Below are positions 1-11,753 of a stretch of DNA of 64,000 bases, in pieces. The notes under the pieces were generated by a model. The model saw only the letters and a list, made by a program, of their open reading frames with translations, ran no database searches and was not told where the DNA came from. Origin of the DNA: Octopus sinensis (Eukaryota); assembly GCF_006345805.1 (NCBI RefSeq), contig NC_042998.1, positions 95,666,001-95,730,000 of the forward strand, in the 5' to 3' direction. Every line of letters begins with the position of its first letter. Within the stretch, counting starts at the first letter, position 1. The translations under genes and the position numbers were made by a program.

Positions 1-330
1 CAAAAATTGAGAAAGGAACAATAGCTACAAGAAATTCTATACTACCCTTGAGAGAGCTTCAAAGACGTCTTTCATCTGAAAAAAATGCTAACTTTTGATT
101 CGATGTAGAGACAGTTGAATGGTGTTACGCTTTGATGTGAATGGTTGATTTTGTTCTTTTGTTGCGGAAGGGAACATATGGTAAGTGATTCATCACATCG
201 AAATTGCAATCTAAACAACCTTCTTATGTCTGCTAGAACTGCTATCAAGAAGAGATCTTAATTTCCAAGAGATGGGAGGAATGCCTTTACTATCTACCCT
301 CCGATTCAAGAATTGAGATATCTTTTCTCA

Positions 331-755
331 TTTTTTTATTGCCCACAAGGGCCTAAACATAGAGGGGACAAACAAGGACAGACAAAGGGATTAAGTCGAT
401 TACATCGACCCCAGTGCGTAACTGGTACTTAATTTATCGACCCCGAAAGGATGAAAGGTAAAGTCGACCTCGGCGGAATTTGAACTCAGAACCTAACGGC
501 AGATGAAATACCTATTTCCTAATTCTTTACTACCCACAAGGGGCAACACATAGAGTGGACAAACAAGGACAGACAAACGGAGTAAGTCGATTACATCGAC
601 CCCAGTGCTTAACTGGTACTTAATTTATCGACCCCGAAAGGATGAAAGGTAAAGTCGACCTCGGCGGAATTTGAACTCAGAACATAACGGCAGACGAAAT
701 ACGGCTACGCATTTCGCCCGGCGTGCAAACGATTCTGCCAGCTCGCCGCCTTAAT
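331..755 (-). mobile_element. Dimeric tRNA-derived SINE (family A, long tail): one full unit plus one 5'-truncated unit, 13-bp TSD
   Basis: Minus strand starts AAGGCGGCGAGCTGGCAGAA (A-box-like), then B-box GAGTTCAAATTCC and core CCTTTCATCCTTTCGGGGTCGATAAATTAAGTACCAG, which occurs twice. ATATCTTTTCTCA is repeated at 318-330 and 756-768. Confidence 0.9.
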
Positions 756-954
756 ATATCTTTTCTCAGAATATGCTTAGTGATGCAACATATTTTGCTG
801 GAATGGAAGTCTACAAAATATTTCTCAGATTCCTCTTACGCTGAAAAAAATAACATTTCTCATAAGGGATGTTAATTCAAAGGACGTACAAATTTGATTT
901 CTTAAGTCTGTAACTTGCAGCAACAAATTAAGAAAAGATATTGTCCAGTTTACG

Positions 955-1335
955 AGGGCATGGCTTCTTTTTCAGAAGTTCACTTTGCAAGCACGTGGTT
1001 TCAAGCTCAGTTCTTCTTTGCTGCACCTTGGGTATATATCTTCTTCTATAGCTCCGGGCCGACCAATGCCTTGTGAGTGGGTTTAGCAGACGGAAACTGT
1101 GCGGAAGCCAGTCATATATGCCAGGTTTTGTGTATGTGTTTGTGTTTGCGTTTTGATCCTCTTATCGCTTCACAGCCGGCGCTGGTTTGTTTACGTTCCT
1201 GTAACTTAGACGTTGGGCAAAACAGACTGATAGAATAATTACCAGACCTCAAATTAAATCCTCGATTTGTTCGACTAAAAGCCCTAGTATGATCGTATTC
1301 CAATGGCTGAAGCAAGTAAAAGATAAAAGATAGAC
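955..1335 (+). mobile_element. tRNA-derived CORE-type SINE (family B), diverged copy
   Basis: Matches the consensus seen at 53817-54610: CACCTTGGG...TCTTCT.CTATAGC..CGGGCCGACCAA.GCCTTGTGAGTGG...AGACGGAAACTG, and 3' GCTGAAGCAAGTAAAAGA. Confidence 0.75.
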
Positions 1336-2288
1336 ACCTTGAAAAAGTATGCCATTTCTTTGAGCGGCTGCAACGAGACCAACACAGCAGCAGTGCCCCT
1401 AACGAAAATATTTGAGTTGTGTCCAATAGAAATCCATTTTTTTTCTCTGTGGCTACCTTACGTTTAATCTGCGTGAAAATGACGCAGCTAAGTTCGTAAT
1501 GGCAGTCATGACATGTTTTGAAAGAATGCAAATGGTTTACAACTTGTGAAATTTCAGCCGTACGTGATGAAAATTACTAAAATTTGCATAATTCCTTATA
1601 TGGCATGTCAGTCACCAAGTTGTCTGACAGATTTGAAGATATTAAACCTGTTGCTTCTCACTGACAGAATTCGTTGGCATTGCATAAATAACAGCCAAAA
1701 CAAAGAATGAAGTGAACGGAGTGTTAGCATACCTAAAACATTTTGTTCGTGGATATTAGTTTTCGGCTTTTTGTTATAAAGTAATGGCTCTAGAAATATT
1801 TGCAACAAGTTTATTGAAGTCAGAGATGACGCAATAGATGTGTGGACGAATGTAACACAGAAACACTCCTCGAATATTTGATCTTGAAGCTATGATACAA
1901 CTGAAACGCATATGACATGAAGCCAAAGTGGTAGTCAGAGCTAGAGGTGGAAATCAAACACTCAACGTTTGAAAGTAAGCTAGAAGAAAGCGAAAGAGTT
2001 AGTACACTAATCTAGTAATAAGTTTCTCTAAATTCTTTTCCTATAAATTAAGTCACAGTCCTCGCCGTCCACTTTTCGTTCAATGTTTATTTAATAAACC
2101 CGTTCTTGAACACTTCTTGATTCAATATATTTCACAACCACTTCCACGCAATCATCAAAATGTGACAAATCGCTGGTTGCACAAACTTAAGGAGAACGAT
2201 CCTTGCTATGATCCTTCCACTAGCCTCAAACGCTGTGCTTCGGAGCTAGATTCCACATTCAGCATACACTTCGACCCTTTCGTTTTCT

Positions 2289-2405
<117 letters not shown>

Positions 2406-2639
2406 CATACGAGGTGTTCCCATTCATCTCCATCTACTCTATTTCACCTGCAAGACTTGGGTCTGCCCGAAACTCTTTTAGAAGACACTTCACCAAAGTA
2501 CCACACATTCAATGAAATTCGAAACTATATGATGAACTTATTAAGTACATGGTCATGCACAGACTCGTCTAAACTGCACAAAAACTTTTCTTCTCATCAA
2601 TGCTCGGTACACGGACACACTAAATATTTAAACAGATTC

Positions 2640-2742
2640 TGTTGATTTGAACCAATAAGATTACGGGCCCTGATAATGTTTCTTCCTTTGCTTTCAAGCA
2701 GTATATCACAGCGATCTCCTCTATCGTCATTGAACTTTTCTG
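2640..2742 (+). pseudogene. Tiny non-LTR retrotransposon RT fragment
   Basis: Translates as ITGPDNVSSFAFKQYITAISSIVIELF, resembling the K..GPD....LK......L..LF motif at the start of LINE RTs. Confidence 0.4.
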
Positions 2743-3934
2743 TCTTCCTGTCGTTAAAGGGTCCTAATCCAGTCTTTTCAGGTGTCTTTCAAAGTGTCTC
2801 ATACTCAATGAGGACAATTTCTCGGAACATGCTTACAACTGACTTATAGTCACCGACTTACAGACGTTCAATTTGAGCATCAACTGCATTAGTTTAATCA
2901 AGCTCGGAGGGCCAACGAAGACCATTAGCGCGTTCTTTCTTCTGAAGAAATAATATTTATTTTCTTGCAAATCGATCAATGTTGACTCCAGTGTTGTACA
3001 ATGTCTTGCCAGCCATAATGTAGTTATAACCCTAAAGTTGGAAAAATTGTTCTACAGTATAAATGATAACGGTCATGATTTTCTTCTTAAATCTTATTTG
3101 TTTGGGAAACAAAATAAATTGAAGTGTAGTTCTCCAGTTATATATACAGGCACATATGAATTTACTCTCCAACGAACATTTCGTTACTTACAGTAATTAG
3201 CTTCATCGCAACCTGCTAAAGATACCAGTTTGTTTTAAGAAAGAATGGTACATAGGATAATATAGTTCCAGATATATTTGGTCTGAAAAATGATGGATAT
3301 TTACGACTGGAATGCATTTGTTCATTTATCTTCTCAGTCTGTGCTGGCTTAAGACTAAACAAGGTAAAGATCGCACACAACCGATAAGGTGTTATGAATG
3401 TACGAGCTTTGGACTCAATAATTATCTTATTGTATTTAGTTATGTTTCTTTAAGATCAAATCCTACCGGCGTTTACCGTGTCTCTCGTCTCTCCAGGAGC
3501 GACACAACAAATCTCAGGTAAGAAACTCATCCACTTAGTATTTGTATCGTTGTGAAAATGTTAAAAATACTTAATCTAGCTTTTGAATTCTTAATCCTAT
3601 GTGTATTGTATAAGACGAAGTTAAAGTTCAATGATATCTAAGAGTAAAGGTTATCATCTTGATGAACACAGAATACGATTCTCTGCAAAATATGAGATAT
3701 ATAAGTGTGTGTCTGTATGAATGGGTTAGAGTGTGTGTGTATGTATGTGTGTGTGTGCGCGCTCACGTGCGTAATATAGTCACTTTTTTTATTCATTTAT
3801 CAACGTTTATCTCCATTGTAATTGTTTTTTAACTACTTTCTATCACTAACACACTATTTTAAAGACTGGTTTACGACATAATACAGGATTCCATATATAG
3901 TAATAATTTTGTGCAATACGTTAAGTGGAAAAAA

Positions 3935-3969
<35 letters not shown>

Positions 3970-4002
3970 TGTATGTATGTATGTATGTATGTATTTAACT
4001 AT

Positions 4003-4185
4003 TCCTGGGTAAGAGTATTAAAACTGCAGCCCTTTGCCAATCCATGTCGAGCCAGTGTGGCAGAATAGGCTCATCAAAACAGTAATTTCAAGCTCAAATT
4101 CACAGCCTCCATATCAAACCGTGGTTTGGTAGAGAGAACATTCGTCATGAAGTGGACTGAACATGGGCTATCCAATCCGATCCAA
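4003..4185 (+). mobile_element. Short retroposon (family E) with RTE-like 3' tail
   Basis: Homologous to 31377-31566. Both share AGCCAGTGTGGCAGA, AAGCTCAAATTCAC.GCCTCCA, CGTGGTTTGGT.GAGAGAACAT and the end AGTGGACTGAACAT.GGC followed by AATCC repeats. Confidence 0.65.
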
Positions 4186-4282
4186 ATGCATATATGTATG
4201 AATGAATTCATGCATGCCCAAACCGAAAGTGACACTGCCGAAAATGCACACAGAAACATGTATTAATATAATCATTGATGTT

Positions 4283-4690
4283 AAGGCGGCGAGCTGGCGC
4301 AATCGTGAGCACACCAGGCAAAATGCTTAGAGGCATTTTGTCCGTCTTTATGTTCTAAGTTCAAATTCGATTTCAGTCGACTTTGCCTTTCATCCTTTCG
4401 GGGTCGACAAATTAAGTACCAGCTGTACGTAATTTATCCACTAGTCCCCTCCCCTCAAATGTCAAGCCTTGTGTCTTTAGTAGAAAGAATGTTAAGGTGG
4501 CAAGCTGCCAGAATCGTTAGCACACCGGGCAAAATGCTTAGCGACATTTCGTCCGTCCTTATGTTCTGAGTTCAAATTCCGCCGAAGTCATCTTCGCCTT
4601 TCATCCTTTGTGGGGTTGATGAAATAAGTACCAGTTGAGTACTGCGGTTGATGTAATCGACATACTCCCTCCTCCAAAATTACATGATTG
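4283..4690 (+). mobile_element. Two head-to-tail family A SINEs (short tail)
   Basis: Starts AAGGCGGCGAGCTGGC (4283) and AAGGTGGCAAGCTGCC (4494), each with a B-box and the GCCTTTCATCCTTT core. Confidence 0.85.
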
Positions 4691-4724
4691 AAACCAATAT
4701 AATTATTGATGTTATTTAGTGGCT

Positions 4725-5235
4725 GTGGAGGTGCAATGGCCCAGTGATTAGGGCAGTGGACTCGCGGTCGTAGGATCGCGGTTTCGATTTCCAGACCGGG
4801 CATTGTGAATGTTTATTGAGCGAAAATACCTAAAGCTCCACGAGGCTCCGGCAGGGGGTGGCGGTGAACCCTGCTGTACTCTTTCACCACAACCTTCTTT
4901 CACTCTTTCTTCCTATTTCTATTGTACCTTTCAATGGGTCAGCCTTGTCACAGTCTGTGTCACGCTGAATCTCCCCGAGAACTACGTTAAGGGTACACGT
5001 GTCTGTGGAGTGCTCAGCCACTTGCACGTTAATAAATGAGCTGCGACGTCACAGGTGCCAAACTGTATCGGCCTTTGCCTTTCCCTTCGATAACATCGGT
5101 GGAGTGGAGAGGGGAGGCTGGTACGCGTGGGCGACTACTGGTCTTCCATAAACAACCTTGCCCAGACTTGTGCCTCGGAGGGGAACTTTCTAGGTGCAAT
5201 CCCACGGTCCTTCATGACCAAAGGGGGTTTCTATC
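4725..5235 (+). mobile_element. tRNA-derived SINE (family C), about 510 bp, with 12-bp TSD
   Basis: A-box TGGCCCAGTGA, B-box GGTTTCGATTTCC. TATTTAGTGGCT at 4713-4724 and TATTTAGTGACT at 5236-5247. Confidence 0.85.
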
Positions 5236-5684
5236 TATTTAGTGACTAAAGTTAGTTTTGTTGCATCAAGTTGTTAATATTTTTGAACATAAGTTGTTCA
5301 TTACCGAAATATATTTCCGCATATATCAATCCTGACTACTACATATCAATACGCCTATTATATTGCAGGTATTTGAGAGTTGATCAACCGGTTCTTTACC
5401 ACTCGCATCTAACCAGGCCAGCTTAGTGTCGTGAAGAAGTAATTCTTTTTTGTTGTGCTGTAAACTTGCGCACAGACACACACAGGCTCCTTCCACATAT
5501 ACACGCACACACACCCACTACACACACACATACACACAAATACACACAATGAAATGATAATTGTATAAAGAGAAGGAAAATACAGGTTAATAATTGAAGG
5601 AGGAGGGAGAAATTTAATCCTATGCATCTTGTGTACTGCCCAATTTGTTTTATTTAATATATATTTTATATATATATATATGTG

Positions 5685-5739
<55 letters not shown>

Positions 5740-5757
5740 TGTGTGTGTGTGTGTATA

Positions 5758-5818
5758 CAAATTCAAAATGGCTGACGACTAGAATCACGCTTGAAACTCA
5801 GGAGTATCAACGAATTTG
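5758..5818 (+). ncRNA. Candidate type I hammerhead ribozyme in a microsatellite-embedded insert
   Basis: CAAATTC-aaaa-TGG-CTGACGA-c-TAG-aatcacg-CTT-GAAA-CTC-ag-GAG-TA-TCA-ac-GAATTTG. Core boxes are intact, stem III is ACTC/GAGT, stem I has an internal loop, stem II is weak. Confidence 0.6.
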
Positions 5819-5831
5819 AATCAAACTGTTT

Positions 5832-5898
<67 letters not shown>

Positions 5899-6399
5899 AA
5901 TGCATAAATATACATATTAATATTTTAATATCATGTTAGCATCAAGACAGAGTAATATGTTGCAAAACGAAAGCCTTTATCAATTAAGTTTGTTAACGTG
6001 GAATAAATTTATTCAAAGTTGAGTTCGTGGGTTCGTGGTATATTACGTCTCACAAGCTATATGATAAGAACTAAACTGCATTCTAAGTTTCTAGGATTCA
6101 GTTAAGTTAAATTGTTGCTACATTTACTCGAATTCATTCTCAGCAACTTAGAAATAAGACTAGAATTGAAAACCTGCAAATTTCACTACAAGACTTCATT
6201 TTTAATAAATGTTATCCATGAATACAAAAGCTAGGTAACCATGAGTATGTCAGCTGAAATACAGAGAAAACAGAATCAAGCTTTGAGCATTGCATTATTA
6301 TTTATACCTTCAAATGTGACTGTAAACTCCAAATTAAGTCTCCTTATCTATGATAATTCACATGTTCTGCCCAATGTCAAAACACCCCATACACCAATT

Positions 6400-6548
6400 A
6401 ATATTAATAATAATAATAATAATTATAATAATAATAATTATAATAATAATAATTATAATAATAATAATTATAATAATAATAATAATAATGATAATAATAA
6501 TAATAATAATTATTATTATTATTATTAATATTATTATTATTATTATTA

Positions 6549-6584
<36 letters not shown>

Positions 6585-6590
6585 CATCAT
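6400..6590. repeat. (AAT)n followed by its reverse complement (ATT)n
   Basis: Seen directly; it is the source of the poly-N/I/L/Y ORFs. Confidence 0.97.
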
Positions 6591-6639
6591 CCTTATGGAA
6601 GAAATAGGTGTTGCAATAATAATGGTAATAATAATCATG

Positions 6640-6803
6640 GAACAAATAAGGGATGCAATAAGGGTGGAGCACTTACACAAAACAGCACTGCTCGAATACT
6701 TCGAATGGTGCTCGAAAAATAAGGGGTGTTACCTTAGTTCACTGGTAGTGAACAGCTGACACCAAAGCACATCTCCAGCGTTAGAAGCTGTGCAAAGACA
6801 ATA
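6640..6803 (+). mobile_element. 3' end of an R4/Dong-like RLE retrotransposon in a TAA-rich tract
   Basis: EQIRDAIRVEHLHKTALL..ILRMVLEK* (with a frameshift) resembles the R4/Dong C-terminus LQK.ALLGT..ILR.VL. A short 3' UTR and (AAT)n follow. Homologous to 25790-26031. Confidence 0.7.
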
Positions 6804-6837
6804 AATAATAATTATTATTATATTAATGATAATAAAG

Positions 6838-7102
6838 TTTTCAAATTTTGCCACAAGGGCAGCCATCTTGGGAGAAGGGCATAAAGCAATTACATCGACT
6901 AGAGGCACAAGGACTGAAATTTATGGGAAGGGAACTAGTCGATTATATCGATCCCAGTGTATCACTGGTACTTAATTTATCGACCCCGAAAGGATGAAGG
7001 GTAAAGTCAACTTCGGTGGAATCTCAACTCAGAGCGTAGTGACGGGCGAAATACCGCTAAGCATTCAGTCCAGCGTGCTAACGATTCAGCCATCTCGCTG
7101 CC

Positions 7103-7103
<1 letters not shown>
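6838..7103 (-). mobile_element. Family A SINE (short tail) plus an extra tail fragment
   Basis: ACTGGTACTTAATTTATCGACCCCGAAAGGATGAAGGG core; ends CTCGCTGCCTT. Confidence 0.85.
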
Positions 7104-7139
<36 letters not shown>

Positions 7140-7156
7140 TGATGATGATGATGATG

Positions 7157-7233
<77 letters not shown>

Positions 7234-7243
7234 AAGAAGAAGA
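7104..7243. repeat. Compound trinucleotide repeat (AAT)(GAT)(AAT)(AAG)
   Basis: Seen directly. Confidence 0.97.
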
Positions 7244-7579
7244 ATATATTTATAGATTTATTCCAGTGTTCTATAGTAATATTACATGGAAAATATTTTC
7301 TCTCAAGGATCATGTTGTTTGCAGAAATAAATAGACAAATAAAATAAAAACAAAGAAGAAAAAGAAAATAACAAACTATCGAAATTTTTACGTCTTTTTA
7401 TATTTATCTAATACTGATATGTGGATTCGATAATTTCCGCGCCAAGATGGTTTCACCACGATGTCATCCCAGAATGGATATATGCAGACATTGAACATTA
7501 CGTCGTCAGTCGCCTTAAGATCTATGATGAAAATCTCCAACGAGTTTCTCTTACAGACTTAGCTTGCAGAATGTACGCT

Positions 7580-7602
7580 TGTGTGTGTATGTGTGTGTGT
7601 GT

Positions 7603-7656
<54 letters not shown>

Positions 7657-8049
7657 AGACAGACAGAGACAGACATACAGACAGACAGATAGACACAGAA
7701 AAAGAGAGAGAGAGAGAGAGAACTTCAGGTATCTCTTAGGGCCCAACATTACCTTTTCTCTGTTATCCCCAAATTTTTCTTCAATATCTTAAATAAATAA
7801 AGTCAAAATTGAATTATAAAAATTACATTAACCTAAAAACACAAATACCCGACAAATACCATAACCATTTTTCTTTGTATCTTCGTCACACGATATGTCG
7901 TCTGCTCTTTGCATTTCTTCGTATGATATATATCTTAGCATTTATCTTAGCTTATCTTCGTGTTCATTGAATCTTTTCTTGACAACAGTATATTTTTTTT
8001 CTTTCATTTGTCAAAGGTGGCTTTATTCCATTCTTTCTCACTTCTCTCA

Positions 8050-8100
<51 letters not shown>

Positions 8101-8460
8101 TCACACATACACACGCACACAAACACACACACACTCATTATCATCACCATTGTCATCGTCGTCGTTATCATCATCATCATCATCAACTTTTCTCCCTCCT
8201 CCTGCTCTTTTGTTTTTTCTCCTCGTGCTTCACTCTCTCCAACCTCCTCTCCTATAACTCCATTTTTTCTTCTTCTTCTTCTTCTTATTATTATTCTTTG
8301 ACTGCTGTTGCTTTTTCTTTGTTTTCCCCCACTTCCCTCACCACCATATACCTCCTTCTAATTCGTTTACTTCTTCCTCTTCTTTTCCTCCTCATTCTTA
8401 TCCTTCCTCCTCTTCGTCGTCGTCGTTGTCCTCCTCCTCCTCCTCCTTCTTCCTCTTCTC
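7580..8460. repeat. Cluster of (GT)n, (GA)n, (GACA)n, (CT)n, (CA)n, (CAT)n and pyrimidine-rich low-complexity DNA
   Basis: Seen directly, interspersed with short unique stretches. Confidence 0.9.
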
Positions 8461-9874
8461 ATTTTCATATACCTTGCATTGTTATTTTCCAGTTCATGAA
8501 CTACTATACTTTATGTGATGAGGTAAGAAATTTCGATGAATTCACATCACACTTTTTGTGACGAGAACACGACTAATTCTTGCAAACAACCAAAAGATAA
8601 ACAAGCAAAACAAAAACAAAGAAGATGTTCTTGATATTTTAATGAATTAATATACAGTGCATTGGGTGGCGAACCTGATCTTTATCAGCGGGAATGATAA
8701 GTCTGCTTATGTGTTCAGGTCGCATTAGAACTCATTAGTTCAGCATAGTCTAATTGTGACAAACAGAGCGTAGAACGACTACAGATATAGGCTTTTTGGT
8801 GACTGAACAATGAATGGCTTGTTAAATGAATCGTATTGAATCATAATAGTAATGTGAATACCATTATTTATTGATGTAAAGTGCGGTGAAATGATAGAAT
8901 TGTTAGATCGTCAGGGAACATGCTTTGCACTATTTTTTCCGGCCCTTTACTACCTGAGTTCAAATCCTGTCTAAGTCAGTTTTGCCTTTTAGCCATTCAA
9001 GGTTGATAAAACATTGTACCAGTCAAGCACTAGGGTCGATGACATCGACTAAAATCTTGAAATCAAAACTGCTGACCTTGTGCTTAAATGAGAAAATTAA
9101 TCTTGATGTAGTAATTAATTAAAATTTCACCCTTAGCGATGGAAGTGAGTGAATATCTAAATGACAACTTCTTGTAAAAACGGCAGAAGACAGACTCAAG
9201 AGAGAGAATCCCGAAATTTTAATAAAAGATCCGGTGCTCTCGAATGCAATGTGAAGTGGGTTTGATTTACATGTAGATATGCAGAGTCCAAATAAAGAAA
9301 TGCAAAGTTGATCTCAGTAGAACTTAAATCTATTTCGTCCGACTCTTTGAGCATAAATTTGTGAAGACGCGTTGCCTAGTGGTAAGGTGTGTGCTGCACT
9401 CCCAATCGCAAGATCGTGGTTTCAATTCCCGGACAATATTTTGTTTCACGTTGCTCCAGTTCACTCAGTTGCAAATGGATGATCTTACAATGGATTGGTA
9501 TACAAGGATTAGATGGAAGACTGCATGCAGTAGAATCATGTCAGTGATCAGGTTACACTCGGTATGTCGGAAAATTTTAACACCAAATAATGAACGTTTT
9601 AAGTGAAGTTAACAGTTTATATGCGTTTTTGAGTGGCTAATACGTGTCTTCTATACTGCAATAGTTTTAGATGTTCAACTTTAGATCAATCGCTAGCCTG
9701 GCAAGTAGGCTTCCAAAATAGGCTATAAGTCTTGCGCATAAAATAACATGAATAAGGCTTCAGATTTTCAATGAGAAGTTTAAATTTAGTTATATAATTT
9801 GTTTTGCAGATCACGGCCAAGGACGCAACACATCATTTTGTATGTTTCTATATATAACACAACATAAGCATAAT

Positions 9875-9876
9875 AC

Positions 9877-9942
<66 letters not shown>

Positions 9943-10241
9943 AAAAAGAAGAAGAAGAAGAACAACAACAACAACAACAAAAAGAAGAAGTAATAAATAC
10001 ATATGTGTGTGTGTGTTGTGTGTGTGTGTGTGTGTGTGTACGTGTGTATGTGAAAAACATACAATAGAACTAAACATCCAAAAAGAAGAATTACAAGGTC
10101 AAGGTAGTGGAAAGTTCTTGTTTTAGAACAAAATTTTTTGTGTGTGTGTATATGTGTGTATGTATATATAACTGTATCTTTCTCCCTCCCTCCCCCTCTC
10201 TCTCTATATATATATAGAGAGAGAAAGAGATATATAGATAG

Positions 10242-10279
<38 letters not shown>

Positions 10280-10330
10280 GTGTGTGTATGTGTGTGTGTG
10301 TGTGTGTGTTGTGTGTGTGTGTGTGTGTGT
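9875..10330. repeat. Microsatellite cluster (AAT)(AAG)(AAC)(GT)(CT)(TA)(GA)
   Basis: Seen directly. Confidence 0.95.
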
Positions 10331-10507
10331 AAATGTTCACACTAACACACATGAAGAAAATACTTCCACTTCCTTGACCTAGCATTTCCTCTTTAGATAT
10401 TTAGTTCTATTGTGTGTTTTTCACGATTCTTATGTGTTTATTACATTTCCAGCGGGAAATATCTTACCTTAATTGCAGACTCGTGGGACTATACTGCACT
10501 CTACACT

Positions 10508-10548
<41 letters not shown>

Positions 10549-10659
10549 CTGGTAGATTCACTGAAACACTAAATCGCAAAACGAATAACCCTAGCAACCC
10601 AGGGAGAGAGAGAGTGAGACTCCGGAATAAGAAATACTTTACAGTCATAATAAAAATAC

Positions 10660-10892
10660 ATGCGCCCTTTCAAAGCCTAGCCGGGCTCATGGGCCCGGTT
10701 TCCCGGTTTCAATGGTGTATGTGGGACGCCAGTCCATCGCAGTGCTACTCATTTTTGCCAGCTGAGTGGACTGGAGCAACGTCAAATGAAGTGTTTTGCT
10801 CAAAAACAGAACGCGTCGCCCGGTCCAGGAATCGAAACCACAATCTTATGATCATGATGCTGACACCCTAATCATTAAGCCACGCGCCTCCA
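10660..10892 (-). mobile_element. tRNA-derived CORE-like SINE (family D)
   Basis: Minus strand GGAGGCGCGTGGCTTAATGATTAGG...GGTTTCGATTCC...TTGAGCAAAAACACTTCATTTGACGTTGCTCCAGTCCACTCAGCTG. Nearly identical to 48094-48342. Confidence 0.85.
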
Positions 10893-11119
10893 CCTTTACA
10901 ATCATAGTGAAGTGTAAAATTGTACTTAGTACGTTTCGGAGACGTGGCGGTTTCCATGTCTTCGGTCAGTACTGCTCACAGCGAAAAATAAAGCTTGCAT
11001 ACATTCAAGATGAGATACAAAAACCAGAGCCAGACACTATGAGCATTATCTAGAAAAGCTGTCAACATCATCATCATCGTCATCATTCTAGAAAAAGCTA
11101 AGTTTCCTAGCATGAAAGA

Positions 11120-11337
11120 GATACTGGTTCCAAAGTTTGGCATAAGGCCGGCAATTTCATGAGAAGGCAAGTCGATTAAATCGACCCCAGTGCTCAACTG
11201 GAACTTATTTTATTGACCCCGAAAGGATGGAAGGCAAAGTTGATCTCGGCAGAATTTGAACTCAGGTCCTAAAGACGGACAAGATGCGACTAAACATTTT
11301 GTCCGGTGTGCTAATGAGTCTACCAGTTCGCCGCCTT
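11120..11337 (-). mobile_element. Family A SINE (short tail)
   Basis: GACCCCGAAAGGATGGAAGGCAAAG core; ends TTCGCCGCCTT. Confidence 0.85.
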
Positions 11338-11437
11338 AGCATGAAAGATATATTGGTTTAACGAAGCCTTCAGCAAGACACACACACACACACACAAACT
11401 CACACACACACATACACACACATACACACACACACAT

Positions 11438-11522
<85 letters not shown>

Positions 11523-11722
11523 TATGAAACGTTTTGGTATCCAGAAGACCCAAAAGGCAGGTTAGGCTATGTTAGCGCTACAGAACGACCGCTGTTAGAC
11601 TCCCGGTTCCATAATAGTATGAGTGAGGAGTCTAATGCGGGTCGTGTGTGAGAGTGTATTTGTTAAATAAAATGAGATTATCTCACTTTATTTCTTTATT
11701 TAACACACACAACACACACACA

Positions 11723-11753
<31 letters not shown>

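Noticed and set aside
331-755. Recurrent palindromic GTCGAT..ATCGAC / CCCCGAAAGG motifs suggesting a CRISPR or REP array
   Set aside because: They are internal parts of dispersed SINEs, with no repeat-spacer periodicity and no cas genes.
4725-4800. tRNA-like sequences (also the heads of SINE families A, B and D)
   Set aside because: Each continues into a SINE body, some with TSDs; no complete cloverleaf with a terminator was seen.
7436-7514. Minus-strand CTGACGA...GAAA-CCA-tct-TGG
   Set aside because: No UH cleavage site after stem III and no stem I.
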